Shown here piece after piece: positions 41,344-54,490 of a stretch of 64,000 nt of DNA (within the stretch, counting starts at the first letter, position 1; each line of letters opens with the position of its first letter). The stretch is from the human T2T-CHM13v2.0 reference genome, Homo sapiens, in the NCBI RefSeq assembly GCF_009914755.1, contig NC_060926.1, one strand, 5' to 3'. A program made the translations under genes and the position numbers. The notes below the pieces were generated by a model, which was not told the origin of the DNA, searched no databases, and worked only from the letters and a program-made list of their open reading frames with translations.

Positions 41344-42259
41344 TCCACCCCTCCCCCTCGTCCCTTAGGGATGGTCTAGTAGGAAAAGTCACTCAGGAAT
41401 GGCACCACGTACTTTCAGGAAAGAGGGAAAAAAAGAGAGAGAGAGAGGTCAGTCAGTGCTATAGCAATGCGATTAACAAGAGAAAAAACTTGATCCACCG
41501 GTTCCTTAAGAATCGACCAAAAGCTAAGACAAGAAAACTGAAAGAAAAGGGGGGGGGGGCGGGTAGAGGGGAGGGACAGTCAGGCAGAACCCAGCTAGGA
41601 ACCTAGGCCAACTTCACAGGACTGTTTTTGGCCCTTGGCAAAAAAGAAAAAAAATAAATAAATCTTAATTCCATCTCTTTCGCCCATACTAGAACCTGTC
41701 AAAGTGATTCAACTGCTGCCTGTTTACATGTGTCATACCAGGGTTTTTGGTTTTTTTTTTTTTTTAATTCCAACAGGATCTGGATATTACCTTCTATCTG
41801 GACAGCTTCAATTTATTCCAGCCTACCCAATCTTTCTTCTTGGAATTCAAGTTAAAACAAAGCAAAGCAAGTCCAAATTCATGACAGCTATAGAGATGAG
41901 AACTGATTAATCGATTAACATCCCAGAAACAGATTACAAGGAGGGGACGATAAATTAAGGCAGAGGACATCATCTTCAACCCGATTCCCTGAGCGTCCTT
42001 TACAAAAATCATTACCCTAATCAGAACCACAATCCATCCCTCCCAGAGAAAAATACCTATATTATTATTATTATTACTGGTTAACAGCAACAAGTCATTT
42101 GATCACATCACAGTGCAAAACGAGATGCTATATAATTACACTTAACTTTGAAAACACTCCCCCCTTTGCAAATCATACACATATTTATATATAATCTATG
42201 AATCAGAAGACAAAACAAGAGCTGTTCTTCACCACGCAAAAGCCAAGCGGAGATTTACC

Positions 42260-42289
42260 TCAGCAGTGCATGCAGTAAAATAATCCCAT
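42260..42289 (-). other. uORF MGLFYCMHC* at end of first exon
   Basis: GTG ATG G strong context; TGA ends one base before the donor. Confidence 0.5.
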
Positions 42290-42384
42290 CACCCTTTTGT
42301 TTGTGTTTACTGTTAATGTGTCCTCTGTCTTTCTTTCTTTCCTGTGCCTAACGTGTGTTTGTGCACTGCAGTTGGTGGTGGAAA

Positions 42385-42435
42385 CTAAGGCAGTGGATCT
42401 GTAGCTAAGGGTAATCCTGTTTTTACTTCCTCCAT
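42385..42435 (-). other. uORF MEEVKTGLPLATDPLP* in first exon
   Basis: AAG ATG G (A at -3, G at +4) through TAG, read directly from the sequence. Translation is unproven. Confidence 0.55.
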
Positions 42436-42469
42436 CTTCAGCGAGGAGCAGGGTTAGCCCGGGACAGCT

Positions 42470-43250
42470 GGTCAAACCCCGAGAAACCGATCCGGTGGAG
42501 CCCGAGCACATCTCCCCCGCCGGCCGGGCTCGCGCAGACGCCCGCGGGCGGAGGGCGGGCTGGCGGCGGCTGCGGCGGCGGCGGCGGCGGGCGGCTGGCG
42601 GCGGGCAGCGGAGCCCCGGGCGCGGGCGAGCGGACGTGCGTGCGCGCGCGTGCGTGTGTGCGGGGCCCGAGCGCCTGTGCGTGTGTGTATGAGAGCGCGT
42701 GTGCGCGCGCGCGCGGGCTGGCGGGCGCGTGTGCGCGTGTCTGCGCGCTAAGCCGCTCGGCGCGCTCGGCAATCGATTACAGGACAAGTGCTGCCCCGGA
42801 GGCTCCGCGACGCGCGCACTCCCTCGCGCCCACCCGCGCGCCCGGCCGCGTCGCCCCCAGCCCGTTGGTCCCCGGACTGCGGACCCCGCCCCCGACGGGG
42901 GCCAGGTAACCCGCTTCCGAGTGTGCCACGGCGACCCCCATCTCCCCTCCCCGTGTCATAATAAATCTCACGTTTTCTGCCGGCTGGAGGCTTGGAGCGG
43001 TGAGGTGACGTTCATTTCGGCCGCGTGAAGTTTTCTTTCAAACTGGGATTGGTGGGGAGGCCGGGGGAAGGGAGCGGGGCGGCGATCTTGGCGCCCTGCG
43101 CGGAGTCCGGGAGCCGCGTCCCGGCCGAGTCGGGGAGTGTGCGTGGAGCCTCCCACCTACTGGTCTCCGCCGGCAACTCTGCGGCCCCATTTCGGAAAGC
43201 GCACCGCATTGACCGGGACCTGAAGCGGGATAAGAGGGGTCCTGGGGAAT
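42470..43250. promoter_or_regulatory. CpG island / IKZF2 promoter
   Basis: Abrupt rise in GC and CpG content. Contains a GC box ccccgcccc (~42884), a CCAAT box on the minus strand (gattgg ~43047) and a TGACGT half-CRE (~43007). Confidence 0.93.
42555..42606. repeat. Interrupted (GGC)n repeat in promoter
   Basis: ggcggcggctgcggcggcggcggcggcgggcggctggcggcggg. Confidence 0.85.
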
Positions 43251-44699
43251 AGACTGAGAAAGACATTCATGTCTGAGATGAAGCTCAACTATTACTATTT
43301 TGAAAGTGCTTTAACAGTGCAAGTTTAAAAACTAAAGTGTTGACTTGCTTTTTCTCCCCCGGGGCATGTGCCACGTCTTCCAAAGTCAAAGGAACGGATG
43401 AGTACAAAAAGTTGCTACCCTTGAAGTGTTACCTATCACTATCAACCACAGCTTGTTTATTTGGAAAGAACTTAAGTGAACCGTCAAGAGAAAAACAAAT
43501 GCATATTCTTTCTACAAATAGTAGCATTTAGTATCTTTCCTGACCACATTTGCGAAAAGAGGGAATAGAGACTTCTATAATTAAAGGGAAAAGGAAAATG
43601 AAAGGAGCTGAAAATAGTGAACTGTGTAGTCTGGATGGCTGAAATTTGAAAACACATGAAATTATCAGGACTGCCAAACGGTGTTCCTGAGAAACCATAT
43701 CACAGATTGTGAAGAAAATCAATGCTAGAAGAGTCGGAACAGGCACCGTACTCTTACTCCTTTGAAGAATCCCAGAAATAGTTGTTGAGGTTTTTTTTTT
43801 CTGCTGAGAAAAAAAGATATATTGGAAATTAAGTCATCAACAGTACCTTAAGCACCACTCTGTAGGTAATTTTGGATAGTGTCTTTTCTTTACATTTTGA
43901 TATAGGGAAGGAATTAATTCACATCGACACAAACGAAGTAATGGATACCATATAACTTGTGTGATACTGTAGCTTTTATAATGAATTACTTCTTGAAAGT
44001 TTTTTTTCCTATACAATGTATTATTAAACAATTGTAACGATAGTCTCTTTTTGTTTAACTATAGAAAATGGTAGATAGTGTGGTACAGCAAACAAGATTA
44101 ACAAATTTTCGTTGGAGAGAAATTATTTGGGCTCAGGCTTGCAATAACATTATGATGATTTTAAGAAAAATTGCAGTTCCTGTGAGTTATATATTGATAA
44201 GGCAGATTTTTAAACACTTAGTTGCTAAAATTAGTTTTCCTAAAGTCGTATTTGGGAAAGTCTGAGTAGAGAACCAGTAAGTCACTCTAATCATCCCAAC
44301 AGAGAGCAAATATTTTAGTCTTAAATTACCTCAAAAAATCTGTATGTCGTTTATAATATGTAAATGCACAATATGTAAAGGATAACATAAGTTCTCGAAA
44401 TTGTCATAAGTCCTTCCTAAAAACTGAACCTAAGTGTTTAGGTATCTGTACTGTTACAGAGATCCTTGAAAATATGAAATAAAGATAATCGAAATTAAGA
44501 TGAAATGTCTGATAGTTTACACAATGTAATTATTTGGTAGAAGAGGATCCATTGTGAAATCTTAAAGATACATCCTCACAGTTACCAAGTTGATGTAGTC
44601 CTTGCCCCTGGTTTATTGAAGCTTAATTTAGCTTCCTTGAAGCTGGTCCTTTTCAAGAGTTAACTTTCACTGGCTGCCTAGTCACCAGAGGCACACTTT

Positions 44700-44713
44700 C
44701 TCCCTCTAGTGGC
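44700..44713 (-). promoter_or_regulatory. Candidate CTCF site
   Basis: Minus strand GCCACTAGAGGGAG is a close match to the CCACYAGRGGGCR core. Confidence 0.55.
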
Positions 44714-45043
44714 TAAGGCTTCAGACACTACATTCTGTCACCCTGCCTCCCCCTGAATGGATCCCAGATTTTAGAATAACAAAGATCTCATGACCACCTG
44801 GGAGAATTGGACCATCTTGGCAAATGTTTCCCTCTTTTTAACATCCTACATTCCTTTCTTATTTGCAGGTTATGGTGTATCTAACTCATCCAGAGAAATC
44901 AAGATTATGTTTTCATACCAAGATTGGGGGTTTTATTTCATGCCTGTGGAGTCTATAGTCCTAAGATTCACAATGCAATCCACTCATGGGAAAGAACCCT
45001 TGCATAAACTGTAATTCACTTTGTTCAGAATTTCTCTGGGTAG

Positions 45044-45365
<322 letters not shown>

Positions 45366-45984
45366 TCTCTGGGTAGTATTTTGATAGTTAGAGGGTGCAT
45401 TTATTTCTGTCCTTTGCCAGAAGACATAGACTGTACACATTTTTTTAAGGTACTTATATAACTATACTGTACATTAAAATATACCACTAGGGAAGTGGAG
45501 TACCATGTTCTTTGGCCACTGTATCCAGTTTGGAGAGTTAAGTTTTTACTTTAGGGAAGAAGTGGCAGGGTGGGGAGGAAACAGACCCCTCAGCCCTTAC
45601 CATTTTTCACGTAGCTGGTTCTTTCTCATCCTTTCTGTCCCATCCTACCCAAACATTTTCCTGCACCAACTTCTATTGTAGCACCTTGAATATTTCCTTC
45701 ATAACATTGTTTTCTCAGAAGTAGAATAGTATTTGGTACAAGTTGGTACTCAATAAACATTTATTAAATGAATGAATATGGAGGAAATGATATACTCAGC
45801 TGGCTTTCATGTATTAAACTCTATTTTCAAAGGACGAAAAGGGTCCCATTTCCAAGATACATGCTGATTTCATAAAGAATTTGGTCAGATCTTGGCTCAT
45901 AAGTCATATTACAAATATCTTTAACAGGTCAGCTCTGGCTTACAAGCCACACAAAGGATCTGAACCTCTTGGTAGATAACAGTT

Positions 45985-46150
45985 ATATTTACAAAATGTA
46001 TATAAAATAAAATGTTACATAAATTAAAAATAAAATTATATATAAATATATATTTTTAACATTTATATATTAATTTTGCAAATATAAATATGAAAAGTGG
46101 CTAACATTGTATATAAAATGCAATTTGGAATAAAATACATTTATGTAATG
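45985..46150. repeat. AT-rich low-complexity tract
   Basis: aaaataaaattatatataaatatatattttt... Confidence 0.7.
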
Positions 46151-48609
46151 CCTCTGTTTCAAAAATGAATTATTTCCTGTTACCACCTGACAATTCATGA
46201 ACCAGGGTGACTATCAAGAAATGCAGCAGGTTTAATTTTGTAATCACTAAGTGTAATCAGCAAAAGAAAAATTTTACAAGGCAATATAGCTAAAAGGTAC
46301 ATTGTGGAGTATTGGTTTTGTTTTCTTTGGGTAGTTTGTTTTATCTATTTTAGATTTAAAAGCCCTAAGTACCCTTTAAAGGAATTTGGGTAAAATCCCC
46401 TTTTGTTTGCTCAAGGAATTAATTGTACGTTTTTAAGTTTTGGGGGTCTTTTTAGCAGAAGGTGGGAGGGGACAATTTGGAAAATTATAATTCTTTCCTA
46501 AAATCAAAGAAGAAATTTTTGGAAATGAATTCTATATTTTTTTATTTAAATGGCTTTATTGTGCTAGATATATAATCAACCAGAATAGGTACCCTAAAAT
46601 AACTTGAATCCCTGAAAAAGTTAAGAATAACAGGCACACATAAGCACAATGTTTTAAAACCGATAACTTCTTTTATTTTTGTCAGGTGATGTTGTTCTTG
46701 TCTTTGAAGTAGTGTTCTCTTTTTAAGCGGGATATGGAACAATGGTCTCACTTACTCCTGTTGACCTAGATTGGCACTATGAAGAAGCAAGAAAGCCAAA
46801 AATGGAACTACCTTTTCAAAGAAAATATTCTAAGATACCAAATCCAGTTCATAAGTAAAGCATATAAATACTGTCAAACTTTACTTCCCTGAGTGCACTG
46901 ATAGTCTGGGGTCTATTCAGCTGGCATATAAGTCCCACATGCTGAGGGTCTTCTAATTCCATCTACCTTGAACAATAGTTTCTTTTAACAGTCTTAAGAG
47001 TGTCACTTTGCAATTAGAGATAAGGCTCTTATGCAAATACTCATGTCCCTAAAAAAGGTAACATTATGACTTAAATTCACACGTTGATAGAATACTATCA
47101 GATTTCTTCCAGAGAGAGTGTTTTGCTGTAGAGCAGGTGATAAGCTAACTCTATCCCAAATGAGAATGATAAATTACGGGAGTTAAACCAGTGGGGTGAG
47201 GACCAGAGAGGTTCCTGAAAAAAATGAAAGCACACATTTTTAAAGATGTCATTAAAACCCACCATAATTGCTTTTAAAATGCAGATTTGTTCAGCATTTG
47301 ATAAAATGAGTTCCATTAATGCAAAAACAAGGGAATTTTGAACTGGGTCAAGTGGTGATGCTCAAAGTCAACTCTAAAAAGGATTGAGAAGAAACCCTAA
47401 AATTTTAGAGCACAAAAAGTACAGGGAAGTTATTGGAATCCTCAATAAAGTGTTAATTCAAGAAATGAAAAAGATATGATTCAACTTTGTAAAGAAATAA
47501 CTTACCAAAAGAGGGTAACAAAGGAGAAGACGCCTGGTGAGCATTAATTTAGATACAGGACAAAAAAAAAACTCATTATTTGGAATATTTTTCCGCAGCT
47601 ACATGCAAGAGATTAAAAAGAAACTTATTTTGCTGGGGACCAGCAGGAAAACCAAACATAATCATTTGACTTTGGAATTGGGAGGTGAAAATAGGACAGA
47701 TTAACCTAACGATCTGTGATATCAAAGGTTGGATTCTGCAAGAGAGATCCATACTCTAAAGCAGAGTGATGACAGGTTGCATCTCAAGGGAAACATTTGG
47801 TGGTTAAACCAGTGCCAATAGCAGTATGATACTGTCTTTTTAATCCTGTGAAAAGCTTGTGGAAGTACATACCCAGTGTTTGTGAGAAGCTTCAACTCTT
47901 TATAAACCAAAATTCTTTCACAGTAAAGCAAAGTCTAATCACTTGCTTAACAATCCTGTTAAGCTGAAAAAAAAAAAAAATAGAGGAACACATTACCAAC
48001 AGATAGTAAAGGAAATAATCCAGAGAATTCACCTTCCCCATTTTTATAGCCAGATGGTTACAACCTAGGGAATTGAGAACCATATAGGGATAGAACTGGG
48101 GAGCCATTTTCTGTTTTATAACTCTGAAAGAGGGCGTGAGCTATGGAAAAGGGAATTGAATCAAAGAAAGGTCATTTACAAGTAGTAAAGTCAAATGTCA
48201 TCTCCCCCAATTTTCATGACTGTGGTTTAGAAAAAGGTTAGCTTAATATAGAACTTAGTGTGGCATTCTGAACTGTCGTAAGACATGATAAAGGAGAGAG
48301 TAACACCATCAGTGTATCTCCCCCAGCAGCTGTGCCAAAGCTTCACAAAAGTATTTAAAACCTGACGTCATGGTGAGGTACTAGACACCTGGGAAAGTCC
48401 CACTCAGTAGACTAAGAATATCACTCTAAGTCCTGTAAACTATATTGCAGAAATGGCCACATTGGAAGACTGTACTTTTGAAGTGTACTATTATTGAGAA
48501 ATAAATCCATACGAAGAATCTATAGCATTTTAAATTGATGATATAACTGATTTCAATGAAGTTAGAGTATCAGTGGGACTAGGAAAGTCACATATATCAT
48601 TTTTATAAT

Positions 48610-48830
48610 TATATCCATTTATTTCGTGCCAGATACCATGGTAAGCATGTTACATGCATTATCTCATTTAACACCCACTGTCATTTTAAGAGAGGTAATA
48701 CTACCCATTTTTCACATGAAGAAAGCTTGGAGACAGTATTAACTTGTCCCTGGTCCCACAGTTTCAGAGCTAGACAGTGTCAAACACATATTTTAAGTTC
48801 TAGAAAGCCCATATTCATAACCATCATACT
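48610..48830 (-). mobile_element. MIR
   Basis: gtgccagatacc...ttacatgcattatctcatttaa...cccatttttcacatgaagaaa. Confidence 0.75.
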
Positions 48831-50569
48831 ATAGTCTCTCTAAATTGCCAATTATTTTCATCAATCATACAGACGTCTTACTGTAGTTAAATCCAGCCTT
48901 ATGAGTAATACGCAGTCCACTGTTGTATCTCTTGAAAGCATACTGAATGTCCAGGGTGTTTTAAGAAGGTTAATTGAATGTGGTATCAACATAGAACTTT
49001 TTACCAAACCCAGTACTTATCTATGTGTGAAACATTACCTATTTGGCATTTAGCATGTTAATATCAGATGTTTATTAATATCTAGAGCTCTTCTCAATAA
49101 GTGAATGACATGAGAGAATCACTGAGAGTGAATTGAAAGAAAGTCACCCTATGAAGAGTTGAGTAACAATCAGTGGTGACACAGAGATCCAGATAAGAAC
49201 ATAACTTTAAAGTCTGGGTCACCAAGCATATTTGCACATTTTATTTCAAAGGGGACCATTTCAGATTTATTACTCCCAGAAACAGATGGATCATACGGCT
49301 GCCCTTTGTAGACATACTTCACCTACATGTGTAAATAATGAGTGCATGGCTTTCTGTGATAAACACTGTAATTGTAAATGGTTACGGCATTCTTAAACGA
49401 TATTTCTCAGGAAACAGATTTTTTTTCCAGTGGAGAACAGCTCTCAGTTTATAGTAAAAGTCAAATTGAACATTTTGCTAGGGTTTATACATGAAGCTTG
49501 TGAAATTAGAATGTTTCTCTTGTTTTTAATTTACAAATACAGTGAATACTGGAGTAGAGAAACGTAACTATATTATTTTAATTAGGATTTCCTATCCCAT
49601 GCGTGTAGAAGTTACATATTTGCTCTCTCATTACAGGTTATTTTTTCTAAGAACAAAAAGAAATAATGCTTTTATTTGATAACAAAGACACTATTTACTT
49701 GAAAAGCCAATCAGTGATTTTAGGGGAACTCTGCTTAAGGGTATTTTGAATAACCTAACCCAGAAGAGCTTCCTAAAACATCAGGTAGTAGCCAACAAAT
49801 AAAATGAATATGGTATCTGGTATGTTCAAAATATATTGTTTAACATTTTCCCATATTTATGTTAGATGAATGTTTGGCATCAGACTGGTTGAATATTTAA
49901 AAAGGAAGGAATGATGTTCCTTCACAACGTAGTATGGAAGACAGAGGAGTACCTTACCCGCAAGTCTTTGGAAATATTGCCTTCAGAGGTCATTCTTGAT
50001 GTGAGGGGGACACTGCAGGCTGTCAGGCCTGGTACCATTAGGCAGTCTATCGTACACAAAACTCTTTGATCAGTTCTAAGCCCAACATTAGCGACTTTCT
50101 GATATTTTCACTCTCCATGTGATTTTCCTATGTGAAGGGAATATACATGATCATTATATTTTTATTTAAAAACAAATGATATTTCTGGTTTTTTTCCACC
50201 TATTTCTTATGAGTTTAGAAATGCATGGTTTTCCTTTCTAAGAACAGTACAGTACTGCATCTGTAAACTTGAGTTGAAGGCTAATAGCCAGTCTCTTGAA
50301 AGTGGAGCTCACTAAGGTCATGCCATTCGGCACTGTCCCTGTCACCTGGCCAGACTTCTCTCCTGACCCTCGAGAATATGGCCACCATCCTTCTACCTGC
50401 TTTAGAATGTCAGTGGATTCATAAGCAAGACAGCCTTCTTAAGTTGATTCATGAGGGACAGCAGTATTTTTGAAACAGCCTGTCTCAATGGAGCCCCGCA
50501 GAGATCTGAGAGGAAACCCAAAAGATCTAAGAATGAGAAAAGGAGAGATTAACACCATCAAATTCTGCC

Positions 50570-51820
50570 TGTAATAATGACAGCAGAGTTGTTGAGAAAA
50601 GAATAAGTGAGGGAATGGAGGCTGTCAGTATAGATGGTAATTTCAAGAAGTTTTGCTGTAAAAGGAGAGGTAGAAGCTAGTAGCTACAGGAAGATGTGGG
50701 ATTGAGGGAAGTTTCTTGTTTGTTTTCTTTTGTCTTTTAAGTAAGACCTTGACATATCTCAGTGCTAATGAGAAAATTGGTAAAGTGGGGTCCCTGAGGG
50801 AATAGGAAAGAAAAGAATCTATTGCGCAACTGGCAGGAGTAGCTTCAGCTAGAAGAGGACATACCTCATGTGCTTAGGATAAGTAAGAAAGGAAGGTTGA
50901 AGATGTAAGTAATTTTGTGCGTTGTCATGGTGGGAAGTTTAGGAAAGATATGAAGAATGTATCAATGTTATTTATTAAGGTTGAAAAGCCACTGGATTGA
51001 AAATGTAAGAAGAGTGAATAAGTTTGAAATAGTTGCTTTTATAAAAATAGAGAGAGGCTAACTGAAAAAAAATGTAGAAAAATAGGCAAGCCGAATAGAG
51101 GACCCAGTTGAGGCTGGTGACCACAAATAAACCATCAATAAGCTCAATGCTATAACTGTAACTGGGCTCACAGCCCAGATAGAATCTTGAAAAGAATGAA
51201 CCACAGGATTGATCCAGTGTAAAAAATTCCACTGGCTGCGGAGCTGGAAGACATTGAATCAAAGAAGTTGAGCTTGACTTAAAGAAATGGATTGGAGTAA
51301 TGGATCATCAAGTAAGCTATACAAAACAGAGAGGGTACTGACAGATAGAAGTAGAGGGGTACAGAGACCTCAATTGGGTCCCAATGAGGTTAAATAATTT
51401 GCATAAGAGGGAATAGTGAGAGATAGGAAGGTATAGAAGATTGTGAACAGAAATTTCTGATGGAGAACAAGGTGCCAGAATCCAGAATGGAGGTTGAGAA
51501 GTCATGGCCTCTAGGGGGTGGAATATCAGAAACATGAAAGGATAATCGGGAGATGTAGCTCTTGGGGAAGAGAGGGAAATACTGAACTAGGTGCAAAAGT
51601 CTATGAAGAATGAATCCCTGGAAAACTGATAAATAAAAGCGAGGAGGAAGAATTGTGAGGTGGTAGCTGGAAAGCATGAACATCAGAGGAACCGGGATTT
51701 TACATGAAAGTGTATATGTTCTGAAAATGTCTTTGGACTACATAGGGGATGCTGACTCCTTAGTCTAAACTTGAGCAAGGTGAATCAGTAGAAAATGAAA
51801 AGCCTTCACTTGAGAGGACT
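50570..51820 (-). mobile_element. L2 (old, internal region)
   Basis: gaataagtgagggaatggaggctgtcagtatagat...tttcaagaagttttgctgtaaaaggag; purine-rich continuation. Confidence 0.65.
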
Positions 51821-51824
51821 ATGG

Positions 51825-51947
51825 GTAAGTTGACCATATGAGCTGGTTTGCCAAGAACTGTCTCAGTTTACACCTGTGGTCCTGGCATCATTATTAATTT
51901 TATTCTTAAGTGTCTTGGTTTCTATGTGACATTACATATTCATCCTA
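51825..51947. mobile_element. MER96-like hAT MITE
   Basis: tgaccatatgagctggtttgcc...tcagtttacacctgtggtcctggc...attattaat...catccta. Confidence 0.65.
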
Positions 51948-51948
51948 G

Positions 51949-52422
<474 letters not shown>

Positions 52423-53738
52423 TGAGAGCATATTGAGCAGTGAGATATTGATTCAGGAGAAAGGAGGTTCTAAGCAGTGTTGTAATTGAAAGTGCAGAAG
52501 AAAGGGGTTAACCTCAGCTTTAGCTCCCATCTTCCATTTCAATCTTTGTGTCAACTTTCTCATTCTTTCCATCTGGAGTCAAGTGGACAATCAAGCCTTC
52601 ATAGGTGAAATATGCCTACTATTATTTATATCTTTGCATTGTTGCAAGTGATTGCAGCAGTTATTGTACTGCAAACTGACAGATACAGGTAAGAAAACTT
52701 TATAAACGTTTACCAGAGTCCAAGTTCCTCCAGATCACTGCCGTACAATGACTCCTAATTGAGATGATAACCTCCTACTATTTGCTTTCTTTTGCACTTA
52801 TGTTTTGAGTGTTCTTTATTCTGAGCTTTGGCAGATTCAGCTCTGTCTCTGCCAACTCCATTACTTGCTTCAAAATCAGGGTAAAAAAACAAGGCAGCTT
52901 AAGGCCTCTGGATCATATGAAGACTGGTTTATTCATCAAAGTCACTAGATTTTGCCAAGCATTGTACACTGAGAGCTGATGACGAAAGGATTAGAGTACT
53001 CAAGTCAGATGCCAATGCCAAAAAGGAAGCAGAAATTAACCACCCTTGCTAAAAGCAAAATATTCTTATGTCTCTAGTCACAACCATAGGCTAAAATGCA
53101 CCTTCAAAGAGCAGTATAACATGTAACCAAATTGTAATTGAAGATTCCTTTTTTAAAACGAAATGATCCCAACTCACTAAACACAGAAATCTTCATTACA
53201 ACATCATCACAGGAGACCTTTAAGTCAATGAGGTCATTTGTATTTTAGTCTGCAAATAATATATTACTGTAATGCAATGAAGGCATAAAGCTTATTGATG
53301 TACTTTATGGAAATGTAGGTAAAGCCATTTCTCTGAGTTAGGGATATTCTTCAATGACCGTGGCAAATAAATTAAAACGGGGGATTTTTATTCACTTTCT
53401 AAAAAATATTCTTTCCAGTTTCCAAATAGACTGTCCATAGGAATTCTTAAAGTAGTAAGCTAGCAGCATGAATTCAAAATGTGAATCATTTGTTTAAAAA
53501 TCTGCACACATTTTTTTAGAATTACCTCATAATCAGCCTCACTGCTTAAAACCATGGTTCAAACTTGTTTTCTGTACCTAAATGATCCACATGTTAAAGA
53601 TATTCCTATTTAATTCCATCTTTCATTGACAGAAAAAATTCTAAGCTGGAGTCACCCCCCACTAGCTTCCCACTATGTTCTGCAGGAATATCAGAGTATT
53701 GGAAATGTTATAGCAGTTTGAAAACTATCCCCCTAGAA

Positions 53739-53885
53739 CAGTATTTTTCAAATGCCTGGTTATAACCCATTAGCAGGCTGTGTGTATTTAGTCAGTCATA
53801 ACCAGCATCTAAAAACAAAATAGAATCGAATACAGTACGTTTATCACACACAACAAAGATAAATAAAAGGTAACTTTTTGTATCA
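53739..53885. mobile_element. hAT-Charlie-like remnant
   Basis: cagtatttttcaaatg...ttataacccattag...tcataaccagcat. Confidence 0.45.
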
Positions 53886-53891
53886 GAGGTA

Positions 53892-53911
53892 TATCTATCT
53901 ATCTATCTATC
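53892..53911. repeat. (TATC)5
   Basis: tatctatctatctatctatc. Confidence 0.9.
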
Positions 53912-53984
53912 AATTGGCTCACCATGTAAAAGCTATTTTTACTCCCTATGGATTACAGGGTCAAAAGAAGACTGAAAGCTACTG

Positions 53985-54360
53985 GCCAAGAGAATGGATA
54001 AACAAATTGAAGTGTATCATTTCATTGAAATATTGCACAGCAACTAAATACTACAACAAATACATATATATACACACATACATATATATGTACTACATAA
54101 ATCAATACATATATAAATACATAAATACCACCACAAAAATCCCTAAAATATTATACAGGGTAAGATAAGTGAATTGTTAAAGGATTCTCATATAAATTGT
54201 TAATACTTAAAAACATAGAAAACAATATGTATTGTTTTTGTACATATGTATATGTAGTAAAAGTATTATAAAAGAAAGACACCACTTTTGGAATAGCAGT
54301 AACCTCCAGGGTGAAAGAGAGGAGGATGAGATGCATCTGCAACGTTTGATTTCTTAATAA
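53985..54360 (+). mobile_element. Ancient L1M 3' fragment
   Basis: agaatggataaacaaattgaagtgtat...gaaatattgcacagcaa...; gcagtaacctccagggtga. Confidence 0.7.
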
Positions 54361-54369
54361 ACACAATTC

Positions 54370-54490
54370 TAGAAGACAGGAGACCTTTATTCTAATTCTG
54401 ACTCTGCCATTACCTGACTGTTTTACTCTGATTGGGTGACTTCATTGCTCTTGTCCTTGTTTCTTCCTATGTGAAATGAAGGGATAATAC
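54370..54490 (+). mobile_element. MIR/MIR3
   Basis: ggagacctttattctaattctgactctgccattacc...tttcttcctatgtgaaatgaagg. Confidence 0.6.

Larger units (their letters stand above)
42259..42480 (-). other. IKZF2: IKZF2 first (5'UTR) exon; TSS position approximate
   Basis: Donor CTGAG|gtaaat at 42259/42258 immediately downstream of the CpG island. The 5' end cannot be determined from sequence alone. Confidence 0.7.

Noticed and set aside
41063-41392. Poly-Glu / poly-Leu ORFs
   Set aside because: Translations of the (CCT)n repeat.
42260-43266. Multiple 60-175 aa ORFs on both strands
   Set aside because: Arg/Ala/Pro-rich by-products of a stop-poor CpG island, mostly with non-ATG starts. Only the ATG uORFs were retained.
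47320-48300. Purine-rich stretch considered as a processed pseudogene or old retroelement
   Set aside because: No recognisable protein or repeat similarity by eye; needs BLASTX or Dfam.
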